Part shown: positions 21,630 through 31,436 of the stretch, one piece after another
Layout of the letters: the number at the start of each line of letters is the position of its first letter
How positions within the stretch are numbered: the stretch's first letter is position 1
Assembly: GCA_003669585.1 (NCBI GenBank)
Contig: QWOQ01000005.1
Location: 131,846-195,845 of the forward strand
Direction of reading: 5' to 3'
Source: Planctomycetota bacterium
GTDB lineage: Bacteria; Planctomycetota; Planctomycetia; Pirellulales; UBA1268
DNA length: 64,000 nt
The notes under the pieces: model-generated
Databases searched by the model: none
What the model was told of the DNA's origin: nothing
What the model saw: the letters and a program-made list of their open reading frames with translations, nothing else
Position numbers and translations under genes: made by a program

Positions 21630-22664
21630 ATGATGACCATTTTCGTTGATCCATCGCTCGAAGAAGCTCTTGGACGGGACGGACTCCGCGCCGAGTTTTT
21701 CGACTTTTCCGACCGCTCGCGGTGCGGAATACGACTCGACGAGGTGCGTTCACAGATTGCAAATGGGCGGTTCGTGTGGATCGATGTCGACAGTGCGGAG
21801 GCCGACGCAAAGACAATCATCGGTGCCCTGCCCGAAGACGTCGACAGAGGAGTCCACATCGGTGCCATCCTCGCGGTGCACTTGAACGTTAACGTCGAAC
21901 ATGTCTCCTCGCTGCACCGGTCAGAAAGCCTCCTGCACATGGTGCTCGTCAGCGCAGCGTCCCACGAAACGACACGCATCAGCCAGCGGCTCGACGTGGT
22001 GATCAGAGAGGGCCTACTCCTCACGATCCATCGCGGGCCGCACGAGGTCATCTCCGCTGTCCGTCGCGATTACGTGTCTGACTTCCAGCAGCACGCGACA
22101 ACCCCGAGCTTTCTCATCTACGAGATTTGCAACCAGCATGTTGAGCAGTTTCTCGTCGCGGAGGGCCAGTTAGAAAAGGAGGTGGAGGAGACGCGCCTTG
22201 CGCTGCGGCAGGCCGCGGACGATAAGATGTTCAACCGGCTGGCGGAGATTTCTGACAGTCTGCTTGCGCTACGGAAGTTGATCGTGCCGGTGCGGCGCGT
22301 CTTAGAGGAACTCGTGTCGCGCAAGACCACGCTCATCAGCGAAGCGTCTCTTGGCTTTCTCGGCGTAATGATCGGCACGCTCGAACGGCTACTCGACGAC
22401 ATCGCATCGAACCGTGAAATTCTCGAATCCTCGCTACAATTTTCGATCACTGTCATGTCGCACCGTACGAGCCAAACAATGAATCGACTGGCAGTGGTCA
22501 GTACGATCTTCCTGCCGCTGACGTTCCTCTGCGGCGTGTATGGCATGAATTTCGACGTCATGCCGGAGACCCGCTGGGCCCACGGCTATACCTTTTTTTG
22601 GATACTCTCCGGCGTCGTCACGCTGACGCTGCTGTTTCTGCTTCGGCGAGCTCGACTCCTGTAG
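21630..22664 (+). CDS. corA: CorA family Mg2+/Co2+ transporter
   Basis: TIFLPLTFLCGVYGMNF (GMN motif), two C-terminal TM helices. Confidence 0.9.
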   Translation: MMTIFVDPSLEEALGRDGLRAEFFDFSDRSRCGIRLDEVRSQIANGRFVWIDVDSAEADAKTIIGALPEDVDRGVHIGAILAVHLNVNVEHVSSLHRSESLLHMVLVSAASHETTRISQRLDVVIREGLLLTIHRGPHEVISAVRRDYVSDFQQHATTPSFLIYEICNQHVEQFLVAEGQLEKEVEETRLALRQAADDKMFNRLAEISDSLLALRKLIVPVRRVLEELVSRKTTLISEASLGFLGVMIGTLERLLDDIASNREILESSLQFSITVMSHRTSQTMNRLAVVSTIFLPLTFLCGVYGMNFDVMPETRWAHGYTFFWILSGVVTLTLLFLLRRARLL

Positions 22665-22669
22665 GAAAG

Positions 22670-23063
22670 TAGAGGGCGCCGAGCTCAACTCTGGCGTTTC
22701 AGGAGGCGTCTGGGAGTGGCGGGGTCAAAGTTGGTGTGAAGACTTTGTTTATCGAGCCATTGCTCACCTTAGGGAGAAGGGCTCCATCGAGAGCTTCTTT
22801 TGTATTGCTTCGAGACGAGTTGCTCCAACGCGCAGCGTTGGACACGCTGCTCGAGGCCAGCGGTGCTATTTCGATCGCTGGCGGGCCGCACTACACGATC
22901 CGGCCACACAGAGCCTTGGGCTATCGGCCGGCGCTTCCAAGTGTGGCAGCGCCGTTTGTTCGCATGGCGTTCGCCTCAGCCAACACACGGGGCTGGTCTA
23001 TTTCTATTCGATAGAGGGCAAAATCCTCGCTGAATTACTGGCGTCATTCATGGAGGCAGGTCA
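22670..23063 (+). mobile_element. Decayed IS3-family transposase remnant with right end
   Basis: VKTLFIEP...LRDELL...HY-TIRPHRALGYRP with frameshifts; terminal GGAGGCAGGTCA. Confidence 0.7.
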
Positions 23064-23064
23064 G

Positions 23065-24144
23065 TCATCTCGGCCACTCGCTGTTGATGATAGGTTTCAG
23101 CGTCAGCGTTGCCAGATCAATGACCACATGGCGGATGTTCATGCGCCGATAGGTGTAGGTGATGTGGATGAGATCGTCGCTGGTTTGAATCACGGCGGGA
23201 TAGCTGAACTCCTGCCTCGGTGTGCTCTCCAGCACGAGTGCGGCCTTCCAGATTTTGCCATCGTTGGAGACAGCGACATTCAGCGGCGAGCGATCACCTT
23301 TGGTTTGTCCGTCGCGGTTTCCGGTGTGATTATAGACGAGCACATGGCGGCCATCACGCAACGTTACTGCATCCGTGCCGGAGTTGTTGTTCGGCAAATC
23401 CATCAGGCTCATCTTGCCCCAGCTCAGACCGCCATCCTCGGACCAGATTTCAAACAAGCGCCCTTGCTGCGTGCGGCCCAGTGCCTGGAATCGATTGTTC
23501 GGATGAAACAGGATACTCGGCTGGATGGCTTGAATTTCGTGCCCGTCATTCACCGGCCCGATGCGATCCCATGACTTGCCGCCATTCGTGCTGCGCTCGA
23601 AATGCACGCGCCAGCAGCTGCCTTTCGGTGAAGGAATCTCGACGCTCGCCGGACTCAAAATGGAACCGTCTGCGAGCAGCACGGGTTTGTTTTTGATCGG
23701 CCCGTATAGCCCATTGTAAAGCCTGTCAGGCTTCGACCACGTCGCGCCGTCATCGGCAGATCGCTTCACATAAGCCCACCACTTGCCCGTCTTATAAAAC
23801 AGCAGCAGCGGCCCATTCGGCACTTGAAACAACACCGGATTCAGGCAGTTCACACGCGGATCTTCCGTTTCCGCGCCGTTGGCGACTTCCACGGGTACCG
23901 ACCACTTGCTATCTCGGTGATGTGACAACCAGATGCCCACATCCGGATGGCCCTCCTTCGTCCCGCCAAACCATGCCGCGACCAACCCGCTTGATGTCTC
24001 GACAATGGTGCTTGAATGACACTGCGAATGCGGCGCCGAATCGAAGATGAACTCCGTTTTGATAATGCCCGGCTGCTCGGCGAACGCCGAAACTGCCAAC
24101 GTCAACCAGACACATGCGAAGGATAGTCTCATAGTGATCTTCAA
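23065..24144 (-). CDS. BNR-repeat sialidase-like protein, secreted
   Basis: CHSSTIVE, AAWFGG, Asp boxes SADDGATW, STNGGKSW, SEDGGLSW, SNDGKIW; FSYPAVIQ. Confidence 0.88.
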   Translation of the reverse strand: MKITMRLSFACVWLTLAVSAFAEQPGIIKTEFIFDSAPHSQCHSSTIVETSSGLVAAWFGGTKEGHPDVGIWLSHHRDSKWSVPVEVANGAETEDPRVNCLNPVLFQVPNGPLLLFYKTGKWWAYVKRSADDGATWSKPDRLYNGLYGPIKNKPVLLADGSILSPASVEIPSPKGSCWRVHFERSTNGGKSWDRIGPVNDGHEIQAIQPSILFHPNNRFQALGRTQQGRLFEIWSEDGGLSWGKMSLMDLPNNNSGTDAVTLRDGRHVLVYNHTGNRDGQTKGDRSPLNVAVSNDGKIWKAALVLESTPRQEFSYPAVIQTSDDLIHITYTYRRMNIRHVVIDLATLTLKPIINSEWPR

Positions 24145-24153
24145 ATGGGATGA

Positions 24154-25341
24154 TTATTTTCCCAGCTTGTAAATCTCGCTCGCTGCCAGCAGGAACGCTC
24201 CAGTGACGTACTCGTGGGTATTTTCCTGTTTAATCTCGGTCGGCCGGTCGCCGACGAGCTGGCCGTATTGCACCTGGCCTTCCGAACTCACCACACCAGT
24301 CAGTCCCCTCCATGCCTTGCGGACCACCGGCTCGAAAGTGATCCGGTCGAGGATGCCGCGGTTCATTCCCCAGGTAATCGCATAACAGAGAAATCCGGAG
24401 CCGCTGCTCTCGGGCATGGGAAAATGCGAGGGATCGTCCAGATTGCAACGCCACAGGCCATCGGACGGCTGACGATTGGAAACGGCGACCGCCATGGCCT
24501 TGAACTGTTCAACATACTGGCCGCGCGCCGGATCGTCCGTTGGTAGATACTCCAGCACGCGTACCAAGCCGCCCATCACCCAGCCATTGCCGCGCGACCA
24601 AAAAATCTTTTTCCCACCGGAGGACCGCTTGCCAATAAACGAGCGGTCCCGATAGAAGAGCGAGTCGTCCTTGTCGAAAAGTTCTTCCGACACGTCCGCC
24701 CAGAAGGGGTGCAGGTATGCGAGATATTTTCGGTCGCCGGTGGCTTGGGCGAGCATGGCCAGCGCGGGCGCGCCGTAGAGCGAGTCCGCGTACACCCCGC
24801 CTTTTCCGCGATACCAGATTTTAGCGCCGGCGGGCGAATTGGACGCCGGGGTCGCGAGCCATTGGATGGTGGGAGCAATCATGGCCGGGTCTTTTTTCTC
24901 CAAATACAATTCCACCCAGGTTTCAACACAAAACAGACGGTTGCCGCCCAGAATCCCCGGACTGACCTGCCAATGGTGTTGTTGACCCCAAGCCATGGCT
25001 TGGTCGAGGAAGCGTGGATCCCTGGTCGTCTTGTGAGCGGCCATGACGCCGGTGTACCAGGTGCCGCGCTCCCAGTTGCGATCCGTTTCCTTCACTCGCG
25101 GATGCGCCTTTTGCCAGTCATTGGTCAGGTGCATCAATTTGAGAACGGCTTCCGGTTGAAACACCGCGTCCACCGGCGGGGTTTCCGCTGAAACGGGAGC
25201 CGAAAACGCTGGTAGCCCGAGCATAACGGTGGCGAGAAACGCCCGCCCTTTTTCGAAGAAACACAAGAATGAGCGTATTCGACGGTTTCCGCCGTTTGTT
25301 ACTTGTTGTGCCGCCGAGTATGACTTTCCGCTAATGTTCAT
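24154..25341 (-). CDS. GH88/GH105 unsaturated glucuronyl/rhamnogalacturonyl hydrolase
   Basis: FWSRGNGWV, ESSGSG, YVTGAFLLA; start uncertain. Confidence 0.85.
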   Translation of the reverse strand: MNISGKSYSAAQQVTNGGNRRIRSFLCFFEKGRAFLATVMLGLPAFSAPVSAETPPVDAVFQPEAVLKLMHLTNDWQKAHPRVKETDRNWERGTWYTGVMAAHKTTRDPRFLDQAMAWGQQHHWQVSPGILGGNRLFCVETWVELYLEKKDPAMIAPTIQWLATPASNSPAGAKIWYRGKGGVYADSLYGAPALAMLAQATGDRKYLAYLHPFWADVSEELFDKDDSLFYRDRSFIGKRSSGGKKIFWSRGNGWVMGGLVRVLEYLPTDDPARGQYVEQFKAMAVAVSNRQPSDGLWRCNLDDPSHFPMPESSGSGFLCYAITWGMNRGILDRITFEPVVRKAWRGLTGVVSSEGQVQYGQLVGDRPTEIKQENTHEYVTGAFLLAASEIYKLGK

Positions 25342-25360
25342 GGCGTTAGAGTATCTTTTT

Positions 25361-28300
25361 CTAGGTGGACGATGATGGGCACGGCGTAGTTGATGCTACC
25401 CACGGGCCATCGGTCGCTCGTCCATCCATTGCGGAAGTGCCGCTGATCGGACGATCCTCTCCACTCCTCGGCAGGTTACTGCCGGGCACATCGCTGGAAT
25501 GATCGCGACGCCGAGTGCCCAAGATCAACTGTTGCAACTCAATCATCACGCTTAGCAGCGCGGGGACGAATACCAGTGTCACCGCTGTGGAGATGAGCAA
25601 ACCGCCGAGCAACACCGCGCCGATGCCGCGATACAGTTCACTGCCGGCACCCGGCGCGAGCACCAGGGGCAACAAACCAACCAGGCCGCCGATTGTAGTC
25701 ATGAAGATCGGGCGAATACGTGTGCGCACGCTTTCAATCACCGCGTCGCCGATGCTCATGTGATCATCGTGAAAGTGAATCAGCGATTGCTCGACGATCA
25801 GAATCGGGTTATTCACGACGGTGCCGACCAGCATGATGAAGCCGAGCATCGTGAGCACATCGAGCGGCTGCAGCACCCACATGTTGAGTAACCACAGACC
25901 GGCGAAACCACCCACGGCACCGAGCGGCACCGTCATGATCACGACGAAGGGATAAACCCACGATTCAAACGTCGCAGCCATCAGCAAGTACGTGATGACG
26001 ACGGCGAGCACGAGATTCCACCGCAGCGACTGCCAGGCGCTGCGCAGTTTATCAGCCGTTCCTTCCAGACTAATGCGATAGCCACCCTTCAACTGGCCGC
26101 TGGCTTGCAACGGCCGAATCACCTGCTTGGTGATCATGTCCATCGCAAGTTCAAGCGGCATTTCCGGCGGCGGGCTCACTTCGAGTGTGATGGCCCGTTG
26201 CCGCGTGCGGTGATTCACCTGTTCCGGGCCCGGTTCCAAGCGGATGTCAGCGAGGGCTTCGAGCGGCACCAGCTGTCCGCTCGGAGTCGCAATCGGCACA
26301 GTTTGCAGGCTCTGTTCGCTATTGGCGAAGCGATCTTCGCCGACGATCCGCAGGTCGATCTTCTCGCCACCTTTGTAATAGTCTGTGGCGTACGCACCAT
26401 CGACGAGAGCGTCGACCGCGTAACCAAGTTCTTGCGCCGACATGCGCAGGTCAGCCGCCTGTTCAAACTTCGGATAGATCCGCATTTCTGGATTCGCCAG
26501 ATCCAAACTGGGCGTGGGCCGAATTTGTGCAGCCGGCATCAGGCCGCGTGCATCGGGCGAACCTTTCAACTGCCCAAAGATCTGGCCGCCCAACGCAACC
26601 AATTGATTGATATCTGGCCCGGTAATTTCAATATCGACCGTGCGTCCGCCGGTGAGTCCTTGTTCAAACAAACTTGCCTGCTTGGCGATCAGAAAAGTGC
26701 CGGGAAGCTTGTCGCCCACTTTTTGAATGACGCCGACCAGATCTTTCGCGCGAGTGGGATCAAGTGCTCTCGCTCCGATGAACACCTGACGATTGCGGGC
26801 CACGAAAAAGAAATCGTCGATCACCAGTTTTTTGCCGCTGATGACGTCGGGATCCGTCGACTCGACATCCCAAAACGGCCGTAATTCCTCTTCCACCAGA
26901 TTGCCCATTTTCAGCAAGTGGTCGAGGTTGTAGCCCGGCGGCGGAATGATGATGCCGAAGACCAGATTGCGATCGCCGCTCGGCAAATACTCCACCTTCG
27001 GCAACAGCATCCAAGTGAGCACGCACGAGGCAGCTACCACACCACACACGAGGATGATCCGCGGCAACAGGCCGACCTGGAGTGTGCGGTTGATCCCGAT
27101 CAACAGTGCGACCATCCATTCGGCGACCCGATCTGCCACGCCCAAGATCATTCGAATCGGCAGCATCAGCAGGTCGACGACTCCTCCCACGCCGTAGCGG
27201 CGTTCTCGGTGTGGGTTCGGCACGGTCAGAATGACATTCCCCTCGCGGTCGCGCTTGTGTTTTTTCAGGATGCGCATCGCTGCCGTCGGCACCACCGCCA
27301 CCGCGACGAGCATTGAAAGGGCCACCGCCGCCGAAATAGAGATCGCAATATCGCGAAATAGCTGCCCGGCCTCGTCACGAATGAAGAGGACCGGAATAAA
27401 CACGGCAAGGTTTGCCAGCGTGGCGTTGAGCAGCGCTCCCCACACTTCGCCGGCCCCTTTGACCGCGGCCGTTTCGGGATCTTCGCCCCGCTGATAGCGG
27501 CGGAAAATGTTTTCGAGCATGACAATCGCGTTGTCGACGAGCATGCCGACCGCAAAGGCCAAGCCGCCGAGCGCGGGGACGTTCAACGAGCGACCGAGCG
27601 CCGCCATAACGAGAAAGGCACCGACGGTGCTGATGATGATGTGCGCGAAAATGATCACGGTCGACCAGCCGCTGCGGAGAAAGACCAGCAGCGTTACAAA
27701 CGTGAAAATACTCCCCCAGAATAAGTTGTCGCTGACGAGGTTCATGGCCGAGTAGATGTAATCGGTCTCGTCGTAAACCTGTACCAACTGCAGTTCGTTA
27801 TTGCGCAGGATGTCTTCATTCAAATCCTTTGTGGCAACGCGAACTCCCTTCATCACATCGAGCACGTTTTCACCAACGCCACGCTGCACGTTGATGGCAA
27901 TGCTCGTCGTGCCGAATCGTTTCACGATGCCGTCGGGCTTTTTGTAGCCCTCCACCACTTTCGCAATATCGCGAACATACACGGGAACGCCGTCGCGTCG
28001 GGCGACGATCGCGTTTTCGACTTGTTCCGGAGAGCGAAACTGCCCCAGCGTCCGAACGACATACCGGCGTTTCCCTTCCCAATAGTCACCGCCCGATGTG
28101 TCTTCGTTCTGGCCTCGCAAAGCGAGTCGAATGTCGTTCATCGTCAGACCGCGGGCCGCGAGATGCTCGGGATTGACGACTATCTGCAGTTCTTCCTCGC
28201 GGCCGCCGAGCACGTTGGCATTCGAAACTCCATCGACTCGCTCGAGCGCCGATTCGATGTAATCTTCCGCAAACTTGCGGAGCGTAGTGACATCGCGATC

Positions 28301-28894
28301 CTTCGGCATCCAGGCCTTGATGCGCGGCTCTTTTTCGGCCAGCTCCTTCAGCCGGTGCATCGTCAGCCCTTCATTTTTGGTGGAATACGCCTTATCAAGA
28401 ATGGGCTTGAGATCCGGATTCTTTTCGACACACTCGTCCTTTTCAGCGCGCGTCGGCACGCGCTCGCCGAGGATCAACCAAGCAATGGGCCGATTCGCAG
28501 CGCTCGAGGTATTGATCACCGGCTCGTCAACATCTTCGGGATAGCTGGCGACCTGCGAGAGCTTGGTGTTGACTTTGAGCAGCGCTTCACTCACGTCGAT
28601 GCCGACGGGAAACTCCAGCGTGATCCGCCCCATCGAGTCCATGCTTTCGGAAGTCATCTTCCGCACGCCTTCGACGCTCTTCAGCTGCTCCTCCTGCTCG
28701 TGGATGATCTGTTTTTCCACTTCTTCGGGGCTGGCACCGGGCCACGCCGTTTCGATGGTCAGCGTGGGGACTTCCACTTCCGGCGTGAGCTGCATCGGCA
28801 TCGTGAAGACCGACAGAATGCCGAACAATAAGAGCAGGATCACGCCCACTGTGACTTTCACAGGGTTATGCACAAAGATCGAAATCACATTCAT
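25361..28894 (-). CDS. RND efflux permease (AcrB/AcrD/AcrF family)
   Basis: WPGASPEEVE, GMLVDNAIVMLEN, RIRPIFMTT. Confidence 0.95.
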   Translation of the reverse strand: MNVISIFVHNPVKVTVGVILLLLFGILSVFTMPMQLTPEVEVPTLTIETAWPGASPEEVEKQIIHEQEEQLKSVEGVRKMTSESMDSMGRITLEFPVGIDVSEALLKVNTKLSQVASYPEDVDEPVINTSSAANRPIAWLILGERVPTRAEKDECVEKNPDLKPILDKAYSTKNEGLTMHRLKELAEKEPRIKAWMPKDRDVTTLRKFAEDYIESALERVDGVSNANVLGGREEELQIVVNPEHLAARGLTMNDIRLALRGQNEDTSGGDYWEGKRRYVVRTLGQFRSPEQVENAIVARRDGVPVYVRDIAKVVEGYKKPDGIVKRFGTTSIAINVQRGVGENVLDVMKGVRVATKDLNEDILRNNELQLVQVYDETDYIYSAMNLVSDNLFWGSIFTFVTLLVFLRSGWSTVIIFAHIIISTVGAFLVMAALGRSLNVPALGGLAFAVGMLVDNAIVMLENIFRRYQRGEDPETAAVKGAGEVWGALLNATLANLAVFIPVLFIRDEAGQLFRDIAISISAAVALSMLVAVAVVPTAAMRILKKHKRDREGNVILTVPNPHRERRYGVGGVVDLLMLPIRMILGVADRVAEWMVALLIGINRTLQVGLLPRIILVCGVVAASCVLTWMLLPKVEYLPSGDRNLVFGIIIPPPGYNLDHLLKMGNLVEEELRPFWDVESTDPDVISGKKLVIDDFFFVARNRQVFIGARALDPTRAKDLVGVIQKVGDKLPGTFLIAKQASLFEQGLTGGRTVDIEITGPDINQLVALGGQIFGQLKGSPDARGLMPAAQIRPTPSLDLANPEMRIYPKFEQAADLRMSAQELGYAVDALVDGAYATDYYKGGEKIDLRIVGEDRFANSEQSLQTVPIATPSGQLVPLEALADIRLEPGPEQVNHRTRQRAITLEVSPPPEMPLELAMDMITKQVIRPLQASGQLKGGYRISLEGTADKLRSAWQSLRWNLVLAVVITYLLMAATFESWVYPFVVIMTVPLGAVGGFAGLWLLNMWVLQPLDVLTMLGFIMLVGTVVNNPILIVEQSLIHFHDDHMSIGDAVIESVRTRIRPIFMTTIGGLVGLLPLVLAPGAGSELYRGIGAVLLGGLLISTAVTLVFVPALLSVMIELQQLILGTRRRDHSSDVPGSNLPRSGEDRPISGTSAMDGRATDGPWVASTTPCPSSST

Positions 28895-28969
28895 AATTCA
28901 GGCTCTCGTCACGGGCAGGCGACGGTGAGTTATTTCAGGCAGGTGCTCGGCAGATGCTGATAAACAGGT

Positions 28970-30232
28970 TTACGGAAAGCTGATCTGAATTGGCTCGGCG
29001 CGCACTTCCATCCCGGGGCGCAGGCGTTCATTTCCTTCAACAACGACAATGTCACCTGCATTGAGTTCATTCGCGCCCACACTCACCCATTGACCTTGCG
29101 CAACGCCCAGCGTCACAGGTACAGGCCGCACGGTGCTTTTGCCGCCAGCGGTCTCGACAACATAGATCACCGGAGTGCGACCACCGATGGAGATGGCATC
29201 TTTGGGAACGAGCGGGAGCGGCTTCTCATCGCCGACGGGAAGCGTCACGCGTGCGAACATGCCGGCCTTGAGAAGCGGGCCGCGCTCGTCCACAACGTTT
29301 TCGACGCGGACTTTCACTGGAAAGGTGCGAGCTCGCGCGTCGGCTTGGGGATTGATGATCGCAACTTTACCCACGAAGCGCTGACCGTGCAGTGCGTGAA
29401 CTTCGACATTGCCCATCACGCCGGGCGTGAGCTTGGTGACGTAATCTTCGAGCACTGCGATTTCGACATCGACGCTGCCGAGTTCGGCGATTTCGGCAGC
29501 TTTATCGCCTTGCATCAGCCACTGGCCCACTTCGGTGAACTCCGCCGTAACCCAACCGTCGAAGGGCGCGAACATGGTATGGCGATCGAATTGTTCGCTG
29601 ATGCGTTCGACTTCGGCTTGTTGAACCGCGACACGGGCCCGCCATTGTTCGCGCTTTTGTTCCCAGGAAGTGCCGGTCAGCAAACGCAAGACGGCGGTCG
29701 CATTATTCTCGGTCGCGTGCGCTTGCTGCTCGAGACTCAGCGCTTCTTCGAGGGCTTCTTTCGTGATGGCGTTGGCTAATTGCTTTGCACGTTCGGCCTT
29801 GGCATGTTGAAAGCGACGATTGGCTTCGGCAATGGCCACTTGAGCTTTTGCCTGCGCGATTTCATCTTGCAGCGAGTTCTCCATTTCGGCGAGAGCTGCC
29901 TTGCGAACTTCGAGCTCGGCTTCGGCGGCCCGCTTTTCAGCGCCAATGATGCCGCGGCGGAGATGCGCGATGGGTGCACCCTTTTTGACGAAGTCGCCTT
30001 CGTTGACGAGATATTCTTCCACCCGGCCCGGTGCAGCGCTGCCAACGACGCTTTTGCGCAAGGGCATGACCGTGCCAACGAAGCTCTTGGGTTCGTCGAG
30101 CGTTTCTACTCGCGCAGTGGCGACAAACACACGCGGCGCTGGAGGAGCGGCGGGGCCTTTGGGCGCTTGCGCAAAAAGCGGCGATGTCATGTTGAAGAGC
30201 AGCGTAAATGCGATTGCAATGGTGCGATTCAT
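28970..30232 (-). CDS. RND periplasmic adaptor (MFP)
   Basis: EGDFVKKG, helical hairpin, APFDG, ARTFPVKV, LKAGMFARV. Confidence 0.92.
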   Translation of the reverse strand: MNRTIAIAFTLLFNMTSPLFAQAPKGPAAPPAPRVFVATARVETLDEPKSFVGTVMPLRKSVVGSAAPGRVEEYLVNEGDFVKKGAPIAHLRRGIIGAEKRAAEAELEVRKAALAEMENSLQDEIAQAKAQVAIAEANRRFQHAKAERAKQLANAITKEALEEALSLEQQAHATENNATAVLRLLTGTSWEQKREQWRARVAVQQAEVERISEQFDRHTMFAPFDGWVTAEFTEVGQWLMQGDKAAEIAELGSVDVEIAVLEDYVTKLTPGVMGNVEVHALHGQRFVGKVAIINPQADARARTFPVKVRVENVVDERGPLLKAGMFARVTLPVGDEKPLPLVPKDAISIGGRTPVIYVVETAGGKSTVRPVPVTLGVAQGQWVSVGANELNAGDIVVVEGNERLRPGMEVRAEPIQISFP

Positions 30233-30687
30233 GAGACTGTCTCCAGAGCAGAAAGCCCCTGGTTGATGTTCTTTTGCACTTGATTCAATAATCGTTTGAG
30301 TGTCGCCAGTTCGCTGGGCTTCATCCCATGAGTTGCCCGTGCCCGCACGCGTTTCACGCACGCGACGATCTTCGTCCAGACCGGCTTGGCCGACGGTTGT
30401 GGGTGAATCAACTTTCGCCGGCGATCGTTGTGGCAAGCGAGGCGCTTGATCCAGCCGTCGCGTTCCATGCGATCGAGAATGCCGACGAGGGTGGCCGGCT
30501 CCAGATGCATCCGCTCGGCCAGTTCGGCTTGAGCGAGCGGCCCTTCGAGCGCGAGAAAGCCGAGCACCTGGGCCTGCCGGTACGTAATGCCGGTTGGCGC
30601 GAGTTCTTCGTTAATCGCCCGCTGATATTTGTGCGCCGCGGTCATGATCCAAAACCCGACGCTATTCTCGAAGTCGTATTCAAGCAC
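30229..30687 (-). CDS. MarR family regulator
   Basis: QAELAERM...LDRMERDGWI...DRRRK. Confidence 0.93.
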   Translation of the reverse strand: MLEYDFENSVGFWIMTAAHKYQRAINEELAPTGITYRQAQVLGFLALEGPLAQAELAERMHLEPATLVGILDRMERDGWIKRLACHNDRRRKLIHPQPSAKPVWTKIVACVKRVRARATHGMKPSELATLKRLLNQVQKNINQGLSALETVS

Positions 30688-30732
30688 GGGAATGGTTTCC
30701 GTACAAATGGTAAGCGCCCTAACGATTTCCGT

Positions 30733-30761
30733 ATATTAGATATGCCGCTTCCAGAATGCAA
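30733..30761 (-). promoter_or_regulatory. Putative sigma70 promoter of marR-RND operon
   Basis: TTGCAT-N17-TAATAT on minus strand, ~45 bp upstream of marR. Confidence 0.5.
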
Positions 30762-30784
30762 GGTCCGACGTACTGGTGAGACGA

Positions 30785-30994
30785 CTACCAGTTCGATTCC
30801 TCCGACGTATACCCATGAACCCGATAAACTTCTTGCGCCTGATACTTCGTCAGCTTCTTCTGGCGAATGAGTTCACGGGCCAGTTCCTCGACATCTTTTC
30901 GGGATGCTTTGGGTGGATGAAGTCCGTCCTTGAGCGTATCGCCAGCAAGAATCTTGCTGTCTTCAAGCTGCTGAACGAATTCTTTGAGCTTCAA
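30785..30994 (-). pseudogene. N-terminal fragment of a planctomycete Ser/Thr kinase
   Basis: FVQQLEDSKILAGDTLKD...ELARELIRQKKLTKYQAQEVYR resembles the pre-kinase helical domain; no kinase domain follows. Confidence 0.5.
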
Positions 30995-31105
30995 GATAAA
31001 GTTTTTTACCTGCCGTATGGCGAGGGTTTTAGTCCAAGAAATATCTCCAGCGACGAGGCTCCCTCCACCATCAATGTTATCCGGATCAGAGGTTTTGTCG
31101 CGGAT

Positions 31106-31168
31106 TGACCTGCCCCTTAAACACCACCAGATTCTCTCTCTGAAAGTGGTGCCGATTCAAGGATGGGC
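31106..31168. mobile_element. Possible IS3-family terminal remnant
   Basis: TGACCTGCCCC, near reverse complement of the IS3 end at 23063. Confidence 0.35.
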
Positions 31169-31248
31169 AATTTTTACTACATCGATTTGAACTCGAGAAG
31201 CCAGGAAATGCCTCGCGATCGCTACGTCGATCGCTCATCGCGGGTTCA

Positions 31249-31284
31249 ACGCTTGTGGAAGTGCCTTTGACCGGGCTATCTTTT
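31249..31284 (+). repeat. 36-bp module-junction site, copy 1
   Basis: ACGCTTGTGGAAGTGCCTTTGACCGGGCTATCTTTT. Confidence 0.9.
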
Positions 31285-31436
31285 GCGTTCGGGACAATAG
31301 TGACTGTTCTTGAGTCTTGGTGTCGAGTCCATACTGACTTTTGTGGTTCGCTCTACATCGCGAGTCGAAGCGGTCTTCGATTCCCAGTCACGATTCATCT
31401 GCTGGAACAAGACTCCAGTTTTCAACGGAATCTTCC

